From: Limnochordia bacterium
Lineage (GTDB): Bacteria > Bacillota > Limnochordia > DTU080
Assembly (NCBI GenBank): GCA_050951545.1
Contig: JBMNJG010000007.1
Location: forward strand, 416,001-480,000
Reading direction: 5' to 3'
Length of the DNA: 64,000 nucleotides
Shown: piece by piece, positions 19,433 through 28,908 of the stretch
Layout: every line of letters begins with the position of its first letter
Position numbering within the stretch: position 1 is the stretch's first letter
Translations under genes and position numbers: made by a program
The notes under the pieces: generated by a model
Told to the model about the DNA's origin: nothing
Seen by the model: the letters and a program-made list of their open reading frames with translations, nothing else
Databases searched by the model: none

Positions 19433-19471
19433 TTAGGAACGGGTGTTCGCCGCGATTTCGCGTGTGCACCC

Positions 19472-19966
19472 TTCGCCGCCGGACAGCTTGACGTCTCGCT
19501 CTCCTACAACAGTGTCATAGCCTTTGGGAAGGCTCATGATCATGTCGTGAATGAAGGCCGCCTTAGCAGCTTCGATCATCTCATCCTCACTAGCTTCAGG
19601 TTGGGCGTAGAGCAGGTTGTCGCGCACGCAGGCATTGAACATGAACACATCCTGAGTCACGATTCCTATTTGCCGGCGTAACGAGGCGAGGGAGACTTGG
19701 CGGACATGACAGCCGTCGATCGTGATGACGCCGTCTTGGATCTCGTACAGCCGGGGTACTAAGTTGGTGATGGTGGTTTTTCCTGCTCCTGAGGGGCCCA
19801 CAAGAGCGACCAGTTGCCCAGTCGGCCGTAAAGGCGCGAAGCAAATGATTGCACCGCGATCACCGTCCCCAAAGAGATCTCACCTTTTGGCGCACAAAGA
19901 TCTTGCTCAGAATGACGCCGCTAATGGGCCCCATCCCATGCCACCACTGCGTCCGCCTAAGCCCAT
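19472..19966 (-). pseudogene. 5' part of the ABC transporter, with large internal deletions
   Basis: GAGGAGG + ATG (MGLGGRSGGMGWGP), a TM6 scrap GEISLGTVIAVQSFASRLYG, then GQLVALVGPSGAGKTT...KLSGGE. Confidence 0.85.
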
Positions 19967-20254
19967 ACCCCTTCCTCCTCTGCAGGTCAGTTCACAACAC
20001 GTAGTTCTGCATCTGCACACCTCGACCTTCTAGCTGCGGATGCAACAAGGTACAATAGGCTATAGGAAGGCCTTTGTTTACGGGAGCCGTAAAGATAGTG
20101 TGCAAAATGCGTTCACGGAGATAGTAAACCACGTGTGGACGTATTGGCTAAACTGTGCAATACTGGGAACATATCCTAGGCTGCAGCATCATGGACGCTC
20201 GACTGGGTCTACGAGCTGAAGAAGGCTGTTCACATGGATGGGAGGCGACAGGCA

Positions 20255-21529
20255 ATGACGAGTATGCGTAGGGTCTCAGGTGTTGTTCTATTGACGGTCT
20301 TGGCTATGGCTTCATTGACGAGTGCTGCTTCGGTAAAGGTAGTGCATGTGATGGCAGATCATGGTGAGCCGTTCTTGCAGTTCCTTCAAGAGCGGGCGCA
20401 GGCTTTCCAAGTCAAGTACCCGGGAGTCGAGGTCGAGGTATTCGCCCAGCAGGCCGATTACACGACCAAAGCTCAGCTTATGATCGCTGCTGGTACGCAG
20501 GTGGACATTCTTGACTCGACACATAGTTTCATGACATTCTCGTTTAACGACGCCCTAGCTGATCTGATGCCCTATGTCAAGGCTGAGAAGATCAACCTCG
20601 ATCGTGATATGCTACCCTTTGCTCAGCTGGTTCTTATGAAGGACGGCAAGCTGTACGGAGTCCCCAGTCAGCTGTACGGTGTCGTGGCCTCCTACAATCG
20701 CACCTATTTCGACGAGATCGGCCTTACTCCGCTGTCCAAACTGGGCGATGCTTGGACGTGGGACTGGTTGCGCAACAATGCGGGGCGCCTTCTCAAGGAT
20801 ATTGATGCTGACGGCGTGCTCGAGACCGGAGCGGTCACGTTCAGCGCTTCGTTCATCAACGTGTCGCCGGCCATCCATCAGGCAGGCGGTAGCATGTTTG
20901 ACAGTTACATTCACCCGCGCTACGTGAATATGACGAACCCAGCGGTGCGCACTGGCCTGGGCTTCTATGCCGAACTGAAGCAGCGCGGCTGGGTCGGCTC
21001 ACAGTCATACTTCACTAAACGCGGCAACGCCATCAACCTGTATGCTACTGGAGCACACAGCTCCAATTTCGTGGTAGACGGTGATGTCTTCGAAGCGGCA
21101 GTCCATCCGAAGGGTCCAGTGCGCCGAGGTGGACAGACCATGTTTGGGCCTTTCCATGTCCCGGCGGCTTCAAAGCAGCAGGAGTGGGCTTTTCGCTGGA
21201 TTGCCTTTCTGGGTATGAGCGAGGAATCACAAGTGAAGATGATGGATGCGACGGGTCGAATACCGGCGCACCCACCGACCCTGCGCAAAATGGCGAACTT
21301 CATGGGTCGCACTGAGCCGCACAAACGCGACTACCTGTTGCAGGTGACGGAGGCCTCAATGCACGCAGATATGTACCCCCATACGCTCACCCAAGCAGAA
21401 GGGGCGATGCGGGCGATATTCGAGCCAGCCTTCAATGAGGTACTTAATGGAAAGCTCGCTCTGGAGAGTTTCCTGGAGAGAATGCAGTCTCAGCTACAGA
21501 TCGAGCTCGATAAGCTGTGGGCGAAATAA
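20255..21529 (+). CDS. sugar ABC transporter substrate-binding protein (orphan)
   Basis: Signal peptide; F..KYPGVEVE, LADLMPY, GKLYGVP, YNRTYF, WTWD. Confidence 0.87.
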   Translation: MTSMRRVSGVVLLTVLAMASLTSAASVKVVHVMADHGEPFLQFLQERAQAFQVKYPGVEVEVFAQQADYTTKAQLMIAAGTQVDILDSTHSFMTFSFNDALADLMPYVKAEKINLDRDMLPFAQLVLMKDGKLYGVPSQLYGVVASYNRTYFDEIGLTPLSKLGDAWTWDWLRNNAGRLLKDIDADGVLETGAVTFSASFINVSPAIHQAGGSMFDSYIHPRYVNMTNPAVRTGLGFYAELKQRGWVGSQSYFTKRGNAINLYATGAHSSNFVVDGDVFEAAVHPKGPVRRGGQTMFGPFHVPAASKQQEWAFRWIAFLGMSEESQVKMMDATGRIPAHPPTLRKMANFMGRTEPHKRDYLLQVTEASMHADMYPHTLTQAEGAMRAIFEPAFNEVLNGKLALESFLERMQSQLQIELDKLWAK

Positions 21530-21613
21530 GTGTGCTGAGCTTACGGGGATACTAGCGGCAGCTCTCTTGGCTGACCCAAAGGAGCGTGGTCCGTGTCGCT
21601 AGCCAATGCATAA

Positions 21614-21644
21614 GAGACCGCCAGGGCATGGCTCAGGCGGTCTC
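21614..21644. terminator. hairpin terminator
   Basis: GAGACCGCC-N13-GGCGGTCTC downstream of the binding-protein gene. Confidence 0.55.
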
Positions 21645-21662
21645 ATCACGTATCTGTCGAGC

Positions 21663-21691
21663 TTGACATCATTTCCCTGGAACCGTAGGCT
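21663..21691 (+). promoter_or_regulatory. sigmaA-type promoter of helD
   Basis: TTGACA-17 bp-TAGGCT, 44 bp before the ATG. Confidence 0.6.
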
Positions 21692-21735
21692 AACGATACA
21701 GGTGCAGGCATCATTGCGGGGAGGATTCGTCGCGG

Positions 21736-24006
21736 ATGGTAGATAGAGGAGACTGGCATGAGGAGATCGCCAGATTGGCCTTTGTGGTCAAGCTAGTAAG
21801 CGATCGACTCGAAGAGACGCGTTCTGTGGTCCGCGAGCAGACTGGTAGCGCCCGAGAGCAGAGACGCTCGATGTGGGAAGACGCCCCTCGTCAGGTGACA
21901 AGTACGGAGGAATGGAGCGAACTCGCTCAGATCACGACCGCTCTCAGGCAACAGGAACGCAACCTGGCGTTTTACAAGCAGCAAGTGCAGCGCCTGGAGC
22001 GGATGCTGGGCGCACCCTACTTTGGACGGATCGATTTCCGGGAATCTGGCACTGAACAAGCAGAGCGCATATACGTTGGCATCGGCGCCCTACATGATCC
22101 AGCCACGGGTGAACTCGAAGTTTTTGACTGGCGGGCTCCCGTCTGCAGTCTTTTCTATGATGCGGAACTTGGTCCGGCGCAGTACGAGTGTCACGATGGC
22201 GTTATTGCTGGTGATGTGACCCTGAAGCGTCAGTTTAGGATCACAGACGCTCATTTGGAGTTCATGTTTGACACTGATCTAAAGATTGATGATGAGATGC
22301 TGCAGGAACTTCTGGGGCGCCAGACGGACGAAAAGATGAGGAGCATCGTCACCAGCATCCAGCGAGAGCAGAACCGAGTGATCCGCGACCAGGATCACGG
22401 TCTGCTTCTGGTCCAGGGTCCGGCTGGCAGCGGCAAGACCGCGATTGCGCTCCACCGCGCGGCCTACCTGCTGTACAAGCATCGCGACAGTCTCAGCGCC
22501 AAAGATATTGTCATCTTCTCACCGAACCGCGTGTTCAGTGACTACATCTCAGCCGTATTGCCGGAGCTTGGCGAGGAGAACGTCCAGCAGACCACTATGC
22601 ACGAGTATGCACTTCAGGAACTGGAGCCTCGATTCCGTGTGGAAGGGGTCTACTCTCAGCTCGAGTACCTTCTTGCTCCGCGGCTTGGCCATGGCTCTTC
22701 CGTGCGCGAGGAGGCTATTTGCTACAAAGCTTCACCCCATTTTCTGAACATGTTGCGCAACTACGTCCGCTTCTTGGAGAGCGGCGGGGCGACTACTTTC
22801 TGGGATGTGGTACACGCCGAGAAGGTGGTCATGTCGAAGGAAGAGATGAAGCGTCTTTATACCGTGAGCTATCGCGATTTGGCGTTGGCCAAGCGCCTCG
22901 AGAAAATTCGGCAGCGTGTGCTGTATCTCTTGGAGCCCTTGGAGGAGGCACGTCGCCTTGAGTGGCGAGAGATACTAACCAGTGGGCCCGATCGCATGTT
23001 TGCGTGGGAGATCAAAAGTGAGAGTCTTCGGCGTACGAAGGAGGAGTTCGCGCCTTTGAAGGCCCGACTCACTGCCTGGGCTTCATGTGACTACTCTCGT
23101 GCGTATCGTCGTCTGTTCAAGGATGCGGCTCTTTCTCGCGAACTGGCAGGTGGACAGGATCCACCTGCGGAGTGGGCGCACATCTGCAGGCAGACGTTGG
23201 CCGCACTGGCCGATAACCGCCTTCCCTATGAAGATGTGGCACCGATGCTGTATCTGAAGCGGGCAGTCGAGGGAGCCCCCATACTCCATTCGGTGCGGCA
23301 TGTTATCGTAGACGAGGGGCAGGATTACACGCCCTTACAGTACGAGGTCTTGGGCATGATATTTCCGCGCTGCAGCCTTACCGTCTTGGGGGATCTGCAT
23401 CAAACGGTTCACCCCTACATGCATGCGAGTAACCATACAGAGATCACTGAAGCGTTGCGCCGTGAAGACAGCACCTTCGTCTGCCTCACAAAAAGCTATC
23501 GCTCGACACAACAGATCATGGAATTCGCTCGCCACCTGCTGACTGAGCCGGATGAGGTGGAGGTAGTGCGGCGTAATGGGCCCAAACCGCTCATGACCTT
23601 CGTGCCGAGTGAAGAAGAGCTCAATGAGACGCTTGTCCATGACCTGGAAGGCCTTCGTGCACGTGGCTATGGCTCCATCGCTGTGCTTTGCAAGACCAAT
23701 GCTGAAGCTCGCTGGGTCCACCATCAGCTACAGGATAGGTTACCAATACACCTGCTTACCGCAGAGGCTGAACACTTCAGAAAGGGCCTGCTTGTGTTGC
23801 CAGCCTATTTGGCCAAGGGACTGGAGTTTGATGCGGTAGTGATCTATGACGCGGGCGCGAACAAGTATCGGGAGGAAGAGGAGAGGGGGCTTCTGTACAC
23901 GGCGTGTACGCGCGCCCTGCACGAGCTGCATGTGTACTATACGGACGAGCTGACCCCTCTTTTCCGCGATCTAGATTCGCAGCTGTTCACGACAGAATCA
24001 GGTTGA
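21736..24006 (+). CDS. helD: RNA polymerase recycling motor ATPase HelD
   Basis: PYFGRIDF, YVGI, DWRAP, KRQF.I, IVTSIQREQN, QGPAGSGKT, ALHRAAYLLY, DEGQD, KSYRST, AKGLEFD. Confidence 0.92.
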   Translation: MVDRGDWHEEIARLAFVVKLVSDRLEETRSVVREQTGSAREQRRSMWEDAPRQVTSTEEWSELAQITTALRQQERNLAFYKQQVQRLERMLGAPYFGRIDFRESGTEQAERIYVGIGALHDPATGELEVFDWRAPVCSLFYDAELGPAQYECHDGVIAGDVTLKRQFRITDAHLEFMFDTDLKIDDEMLQELLGRQTDEKMRSIVTSIQREQNRVIRDQDHGLLLVQGPAGSGKTAIALHRAAYLLYKHRDSLSAKDIVIFSPNRVFSDYISAVLPELGEENVQQTTMHEYALQELEPRFRVEGVYSQLEYLLAPRLGHGSSVREEAICYKASPHFLNMLRNYVRFLESGGATTFWDVVHAEKVVMSKEEMKRLYTVSYRDLALAKRLEKIRQRVLYLLEPLEEARRLEWREILTSGPDRMFAWEIKSESLRRTKEEFAPLKARLTAWASCDYSRAYRRLFKDAALSRELAGGQDPPAEWAHICRQTLAALADNRLPYEDVAPMLYLKRAVEGAPILHSVRHVIVDEGQDYTPLQYEVLGMIFPRCSLTVLGDLHQTVHPYMHASNHTEITEALRREDSTFVCLTKSYRSTQQIMEFARHLLTEPDEVEVVRRNGPKPLMTFVPSEEELNETLVHDLEGLRARGYGSIAVLCKTNAEARWVHHQLQDRLPIHLLTAEAEHFRKGLLVLPAYLAKGLEFDAVVIYDAGANKYREEEERGLLYTACTRALHELHVYYTDELTPLFRDLDSQLFTTESG

Positions 24007-24444
24007 TCGTAGAAGCAGATAACCGCCCGCAGCCAACAGAAGCAAGCCGAGCGCGTTAAGCCACTCAAAACTCAACTGCTCCATCCCGAGCAGACCCAAG
24101 TGGTCGATAAGGGCTGCAGTGGCCACTTGCCCGACAATGATGGCAGTGGTTGCGGGCGCCACGCCTACCTGAGGCATAGCTCGTACGACTCCATAGGTAA
24201 TGCCTACGCCCAGAAACCCTCCGAGGTAAAAGTACCATTGCACCTCGCCGAGTTTGGGCCATTGCCCGGAGCCAAGACCTATGAGCAGCAAGGCTAGAGT
24301 GAAGGCGCTGCTGGTCACGTGAACCATAAGCGTGGCCTCGAGCAGCCCTACTGCTTTGCCGAGGCCCGAGTTGAGCGCACCCTGTGCGGCCATCAACAAG
24401 CCAGCTACAGCTGCTACCGATAGGGCAATCAAATGTGTGGACAG
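23998..24444 (-). CDS. DMT family (YdcZ-like) transporter
   Basis: AAQGALNSGL, WYFYLGGFLG, IIVGQVATAALIDHLG; start uncertain. Confidence 0.85.
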   Translation of the reverse strand: MSTHLIALSVAAVAGLLMAAQGALNSGLGKAVGLLEATLMVHVTSSAFTLALLLIGLGSGQWPKLGEVQWYFYLGGFLGVGITYGVVRAMPQVGVAPATTAIIVGQVATAALIDHLGLLGMEQLSFEWLNALGLLLLAAGGYLLLRST

Positions 24445-24538
24445 TGTGATCCCTCCGCTGCCAGTAATATGGGCTTGCAGTCGCCATGCTATACTGCGGT
24501 GTAGGTTCGGATCCCACGTCGTTCTTGAAGAAAGGAAT

Positions 24539-26710
24539 GTGCACGAAGTGGAACAAGCGGATGCCACAGATGACAGCAGACAGACGGCTGTGCAGATCGC
24601 CCAGCAGGTGGGAGTACCAGCAGCCCAGGTAGCGCAGGCTCTGCAGCTTTTGGATGCTGGGGACACCATTCCCTTTGTGGCTCGTTATAGGAAGGAAGCC
24701 ACAGGAGGCCTCGATGAGGTTCAGCTGCGTAACATTGCCGCAGAGGCGCAACGCTGGCGGGCTTTGCAGGAGCGCAAGAGCGAGGTTATCCGCCTTTTGC
24801 AGACGCAGGAGAAGCTGACGCTAGAGCTGGAGGCAGCTATAGTCGAGGCCACCAGTCTGCAACGGGTGGAAGACCTGTACCGGCCCTATCGGCCGAAGCG
24901 CCGCACACGCGCCAGTATTGCCAGAGAGCGAGGGCTCGAGCCGTTGGCTGAGGCGTTGTTGCGGCGTGACGCCCACTGGCCTGAACTCGAACGGTTGGCA
25001 GAGAGTACCGAGCTGATGGATATACAGGAAGCGTTGGCTGGCGCAGCAGACATCCTGGCCGAGAGGGTGTCGGATGACCCAGCTACCCGGACCGCGCTGC
25101 GTGCGCTCGCTCAGCAGCGGGCGGTCCTTTCGTCTCAATGCGCACTTTCAGAGGAGCGACAAGACGAACGCACGCCCTATGAGATCTACTATAACTTTGC
25201 ACGGCCAGTCCGTGAATTGCGGCCCCATGCGGTCTTGGCGATAGATCGCGGTGAACGGGAGGGCGTCTTGCGGGTTTCCGTGGAGCTACCCGAGGAGGCT
25301 GCGCTGCGCCATCTGCAGCGCAGTTGGATCAAGGTCCCCGACAGCCGTGTGGGTGCATTCTTAGAAGAGATGCTTCTTGACAGCTATAAGCGCCTTCTGG
25401 CTCCTGCTATCGAACGGGAGATCAGGCGACAGCTGACTGAGAGCGCTGGTCAGCATGCCATCGCTGTCTTTGCGCGCAACCTAGATAGTCTACTTATGCA
25501 GGCCCCCGTGCGCGGCGTCAGGGTGTTGGGGCTCGATCCGGGTTTCCGCACGGGCTGCAAGGCAGCAGTAGTGGATGAGACTGGTCGCCTATGCGCTACC
25601 GCCACTGTGTACCCCCACCCGCCACATAGCCAGCAGGAGGCGACAGAGGCGCTGCTGCAGGAGCTGATGGTGAGCCATGGCGTTGAGCTGGTGGCCATCG
25701 GTAACGGCACGGCTTCTCGGGAGACAGAGAGGCTCGTCGCTGAGGTGATCCGCTCGCTTCCTGCAGTCAACTATGTCATCGTAAGTGAGGCGGGAGCCTC
25801 CGTCTATTCTGCGTCTGATCTGGCCAGGGAGGAGCTTCCCGACTTAGACGTCTCGTTGAGGGGGGCTGTATCGATAGCCCGCCGCGTGCAGGATCCTTTG
25901 GCCGAGCTGGTGAAAATCGAGCCGAAGTCGATCGGCGTAGGGCAGTATCAGCACGATGTGGATCAGAAGGCTTTGGCACAAACGCTCTCTGATGTCGTGG
26001 AGTCGTGTGTCAACCGCGTTGGGGTCAATCTCAACACAGCTTCCGCGGCGTTGTTGCAGCATATCGCTGGCCTTAGCACCTCGTTGAGTCGCCGCATCGT
26101 CAGTTACCGTGACGAACATGGGCAGTTTCTTACGCGGCAGGAGCTGCTGAAGGTGAAGGGATTGGGGCCCAAGACGTTCAAACAGGCAGCAGGCTTTCTG
26201 CGTATTCCTGACGGAGTGATGCCTTTGGACGGCACAGCGGTTCATCCAGAATCCTACGATCTGGCCGAGAAGATCCTGAAGATGGCTGGCCTGAACTTAG
26301 ATGCCATGCGCACAGGGGTGTCGGTTGGCATAGAGGCCAAAGAGGCGGCCTCTGCTTTGGCTGCCGGCTTGCCCACCGTGACCGACATCCTGGAGGCTCT
26401 GCAGCGTCCAGGTCTTGATCCGCGCACGGAGCTTCCTCCACCTCCATTCCGCAGGGATATCCTACACATGGAGGAGTTGCGGCCAGGCATGCAGCTCACT
26501 GGGACGGTCACCAATGTGGTTGACTTCGGAGCCTTTGTGGATATCGGTGTCGAAAAGGGAGGCCTCATTCACATCTCGAAGTTTGGGGGTGGCTTTATCA
26601 AGCACCCACTTGACGTAGTAGCGGTGGGTCAGCCAGTGCAGGTGGAGGTCTTGGATGTGGATCTGGAGCGGGGTAGGATCGCCTTGGCTCTGGTGCGCGA
26701 CGGATCATGA
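24539..26710 (+). CDS. tex: Tex family RNA-binding transcription accessory protein
   Basis: TIPFVARYRKE, EDLYRPY, GLDPGFRTGCK, IGNGTASRE, SIGVGQYQHD, C-terminal S1 domain. Confidence 0.95.
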   Translation: MHEVEQADATDDSRQTAVQIAQQVGVPAAQVAQALQLLDAGDTIPFVARYRKEATGGLDEVQLRNIAAEAQRWRALQERKSEVIRLLQTQEKLTLELEAAIVEATSLQRVEDLYRPYRPKRRTRASIARERGLEPLAEALLRRDAHWPELERLAESTELMDIQEALAGAADILAERVSDDPATRTALRALAQQRAVLSSQCALSEERQDERTPYEIYYNFARPVRELRPHAVLAIDRGEREGVLRVSVELPEEAALRHLQRSWIKVPDSRVGAFLEEMLLDSYKRLLAPAIEREIRRQLTESAGQHAIAVFARNLDSLLMQAPVRGVRVLGLDPGFRTGCKAAVVDETGRLCATATVYPHPPHSQQEATEALLQELMVSHGVELVAIGNGTASRETERLVAEVIRSLPAVNYVIVSEAGASVYSASDLAREELPDLDVSLRGAVSIARRVQDPLAELVKIEPKSIGVGQYQHDVDQKALAQTLSDVVESCVNRVGVNLNTASAALLQHIAGLSTSLSRRIVSYRDEHGQFLTRQELLKVKGLGPKTFKQAAGFLRIPDGVMPLDGTAVHPESYDLAEKILKMAGLNLDAMRTGVSVGIEAKEAASALAAGLPTVTDILEALQRPGLDPRTELPPPPFRRDILHMEELRPGMQLTGTVTNVVDFGAFVDIGVEKGGLIHISKFGGGFIKHPLDVVAVGQPVQVEVLDVDLERGRIALALVRDGS

Positions 26711-26778
26711 TAGCATAGAGCGCTTGCCAGCAAGACAAGAACCAGCTGGTCAGCGTGAGGAAGAGGGGTCAGCTGTTC

Positions 26779-27603
26779 ATGCGACAGATGCAGGCGCGTA
26801 TCATGCGAGAGTTGAATGTGAAACCCAGTATCGACCCGAAACAGGAGATTCGGGAGCGAGTGGCGTTTCTGACGGAGTATGTGCTGCGCATGGGGGCTCG
26901 CGGTTTTGTCTTGGGGATATCGGGAGGGCAAGACTCGACACTGGCCGGGCGCCTGGCCCAGTTGGCCGTGGAGCAAGCCGCGGCCGAGAGCGGCAACGAG
27001 CAGACCTTTGTGGCGGTGCGTTTGCCATACGGCGTGCAACTTGATGAGGAGGACGCGGCCCTGGCTTTGCAGTTCATCGGGCCGACGCGGGTGGTGACGA
27101 TTAACATACAGGAGGCCGTCGATGCCTCGGCACGCGCTTTTGAAAGCGCCTTGGGCTGTCCAATGAGCGACTTCATCAAGGGCAATGCCAAAGCGCGTGA
27201 ACGCATGAAGGTGCAGTATGATATCGCTGGACAGCTTGGTCTGCTTGTGGTCGGTACCGACCAAGCTGCGGAAGCTGTTACAGGTTTTTACACCAAGTTT
27301 GGTGATGGGGCCTGTGACGTAGAACCGTTGGCGGGGCTCACCAAAAGGCAGGGCAGGCAGATGCTGGTGGCCATGCAGGCTCCAGCTCGGTTGTACGAGA
27401 AGGTGCCCACGGCGGATCTGCTCGACGAGTCTCCCGGCCGTACCGACGAGGATGAGCTGGGTATCAGTTATGATGCCATCGACGATTACCTGGAGGGGAG
27501 AGAGATAGATCCGACCGTAGCACAGCGTATTGAGCGTCGCTTCATCGCTAGCCAGCATAAGCGGCGTTTGCCAGTGACGCCAGCGGACAGTTGGTGGAGG
27601 TAG
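26779..27603 (+). CDS. nadE: NH3-dependent NAD+ synthetase
   Basis: [41 protein letters not shown]. Confidence 0.96.
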   Translation: MRQMQARIMRELNVKPSIDPKQEIRERVAFLTEYVLRMGARGFVLGISGGQDSTLAGRLAQLAVEQAAAESGNEQTFVAVRLPYGVQLDEEDAALALQFIGPTRVVTINIQEAVDASARAFESALGCPMSDFIKGNAKARERMKVQYDIAGQLGLLVVGTDQAAEAVTGFYTKFGDGACDVEPLAGLTKRQGRQMLVAMQAPARLYEKVPTADLLDESPGRTDEDELGISYDAIDDYLEGREIDPTVAQRIERRFIASQHKRRLPVTPADSWWR

Positions 27604-27616
27604 AGACTCGGGGGGC

Positions 27617-28189
27617 GTGTTTGTGACATCGTTTCTGCTCGCATTCGGACTCGTTTTTCTTGCGGAGTTGGGGGACAAGACCCAGCTGGTGGCACTTACT
27701 TTTGCCACTCGATTCAACCCGTGGGTGGTCTTCGCTGGTATCGGTACGGCCACCGTGGTGCTGAACGGCCTCTCTGTCTTGCTCGGAAGCCTCGTGGGCG
27801 GGTTGTTGCCAGTGGCGTGGATCAAGCTAGTGGCTGGTCTCGCCTTTATCGGCTTCGGTGCCTGGACACTGCGCAACAACTGCTCTGAGCAAGAGGGGCA
27901 GGACGCAGCGTGTTCCACTTCGCCCTTTTGGGCGGTGGCCATCACCTTTTTTCTTGGTGAGCTGGGGGACAAGACCATGCTGAGCACTCTCACTCTGGCT
28001 GCGACTCAGTCTGCTTTTTTTGTCTGGTTGGGGGCTACTGCCGGAATGTTGCTCTGCGACGGCTTGGCCATCTGGGTGGGCCAGGCTCTGGGCGCGCGTC
28101 TGCCGGAGCGGCTAATCCAATTGGGGGCAGCCATCATCTTTTTCCTCTTTGGAGGGCTCAGCCTTCTTCAAGCAGGCCTGACACTCTAG
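27617..28189 (+). CDS. TMEM165/GDT1 (UPF0016) Mn/Ca transporter
   Basis: Two ELGDKT motifs. Confidence 0.92.
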   Translation: MFVTSFLLAFGLVFLAELGDKTQLVALTFATRFNPWVVFAGIGTATVVLNGLSVLLGSLVGGLLPVAWIKLVAGLAFIGFGAWTLRNNCSEQEGQDAACSTSPFWAVAITFFLGELGDKTMLSTLTLAATQSAFFVWLGATAGMLLCDGLAIWVGQALGARLPERLIQLGAAIIFFLFGGLSLLQAGLTL

Positions 28190-28302
28190 TCCATTATTGA
28201 AGGCACGGACGGGGGCTGGTTGGTCTCAGCCTTCTGCGGATGTGTAGCAGGGCTGCATCTGCGTCACCCTATAGGAAGTCTGGTAACTCGGAGGGTGAAG
28301 CA

Positions 28303-28902
28303 GTGCGGCCCATATGGCTAGGTGTGCTAGGGGTCATCGCCTTGGGAATCGGGGTTCTTCTCGCATGTGCTGTCGCACCCTCCATTCGCTGGGGTGTCCC
28401 TGGTGCTGATATCTCTCTGGCTGCAGGCGAAAGAGGCTATGCGCTACAGCTTATGCCGCCTAGAGTCGTTTACACCTATCCGCGAGTGACGGACAGTCGC
28501 GAGCGGATTATCATTGAAAAAGGGGCGAACATGCTTTACTACTACCGGGGCGGGGTCCTTCGCGAGCGGTATGAGGTGGCGACGGGACGCGAACCGCATT
28601 TCACTCCAGAGGGCTCCTTCTATGTCGCTGTCAAACTACGCGAACCTGAAGGCCCGGACTTGGAGGATGCGCAGCTAGGTAGTCGGTGGTTGGGCCTCGC
28701 GGTGCCCGATGAGGCCGACAGGCGAGGTCCGCCTGGTGATAGTAGAAGTCCGGTGGGTCAGAAGTACGGCATTCATGGCACCGATGAACCAGCCTCCATC
28801 GGCACCCATGCGTCAGGTGGATGTATCCGCATGAAGAACGCGGATGTCATCCGCCTTTTTGATCAGGTAGAGGTGGGCACACCCGTAGAGGTAAGACTAT
28901 AG
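28303..28902 (+). CDS. L,D-transpeptidase (YkuD domain)
   Basis: VATG...TPEG, YGIHGT....SIG..ASGGCIRM; N-terminal TM anchor. Confidence 0.92.
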   Translation: MRPIWLGVLGVIALGIGVLLACAVAPSIRWGVPGADISLAAGERGYALQLMPPRVVYTYPRVTDSRERIIIEKGANMLYYYRGGVLRERYEVATGREPHFTPEGSFYVAVKLREPEGPDLEDAQLGSRWLGLAVPDEADRRGPPGDSRSPVGQKYGIHGTDEPASIGTHASGGCIRMKNADVIRLFDQVEVGTPVEVRL

Positions 28903-28908
28903 GCCCGT

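Larger units (their letters stand above)
15541..19471 (+). mobile_element. copy 1 of the repeat-array + wHTH-nuclease element (left end lost; p-MULT-type right end)
   Basis: Interrupts the ABC gene between GAA(E) and AAA(K); near-identical to 38878-42150; ends ...CGTGTGCACCC at 19471. Confidence 0.85.

Noticed and set aside
26629-27993. Long antisense ORFs (454 aa here; also 1371-2381, 44035-44805, 47361-48326)
   Set aside because: Shadow frames opposite well-supported genes in GC-rich DNA, with no recognisable motifs.
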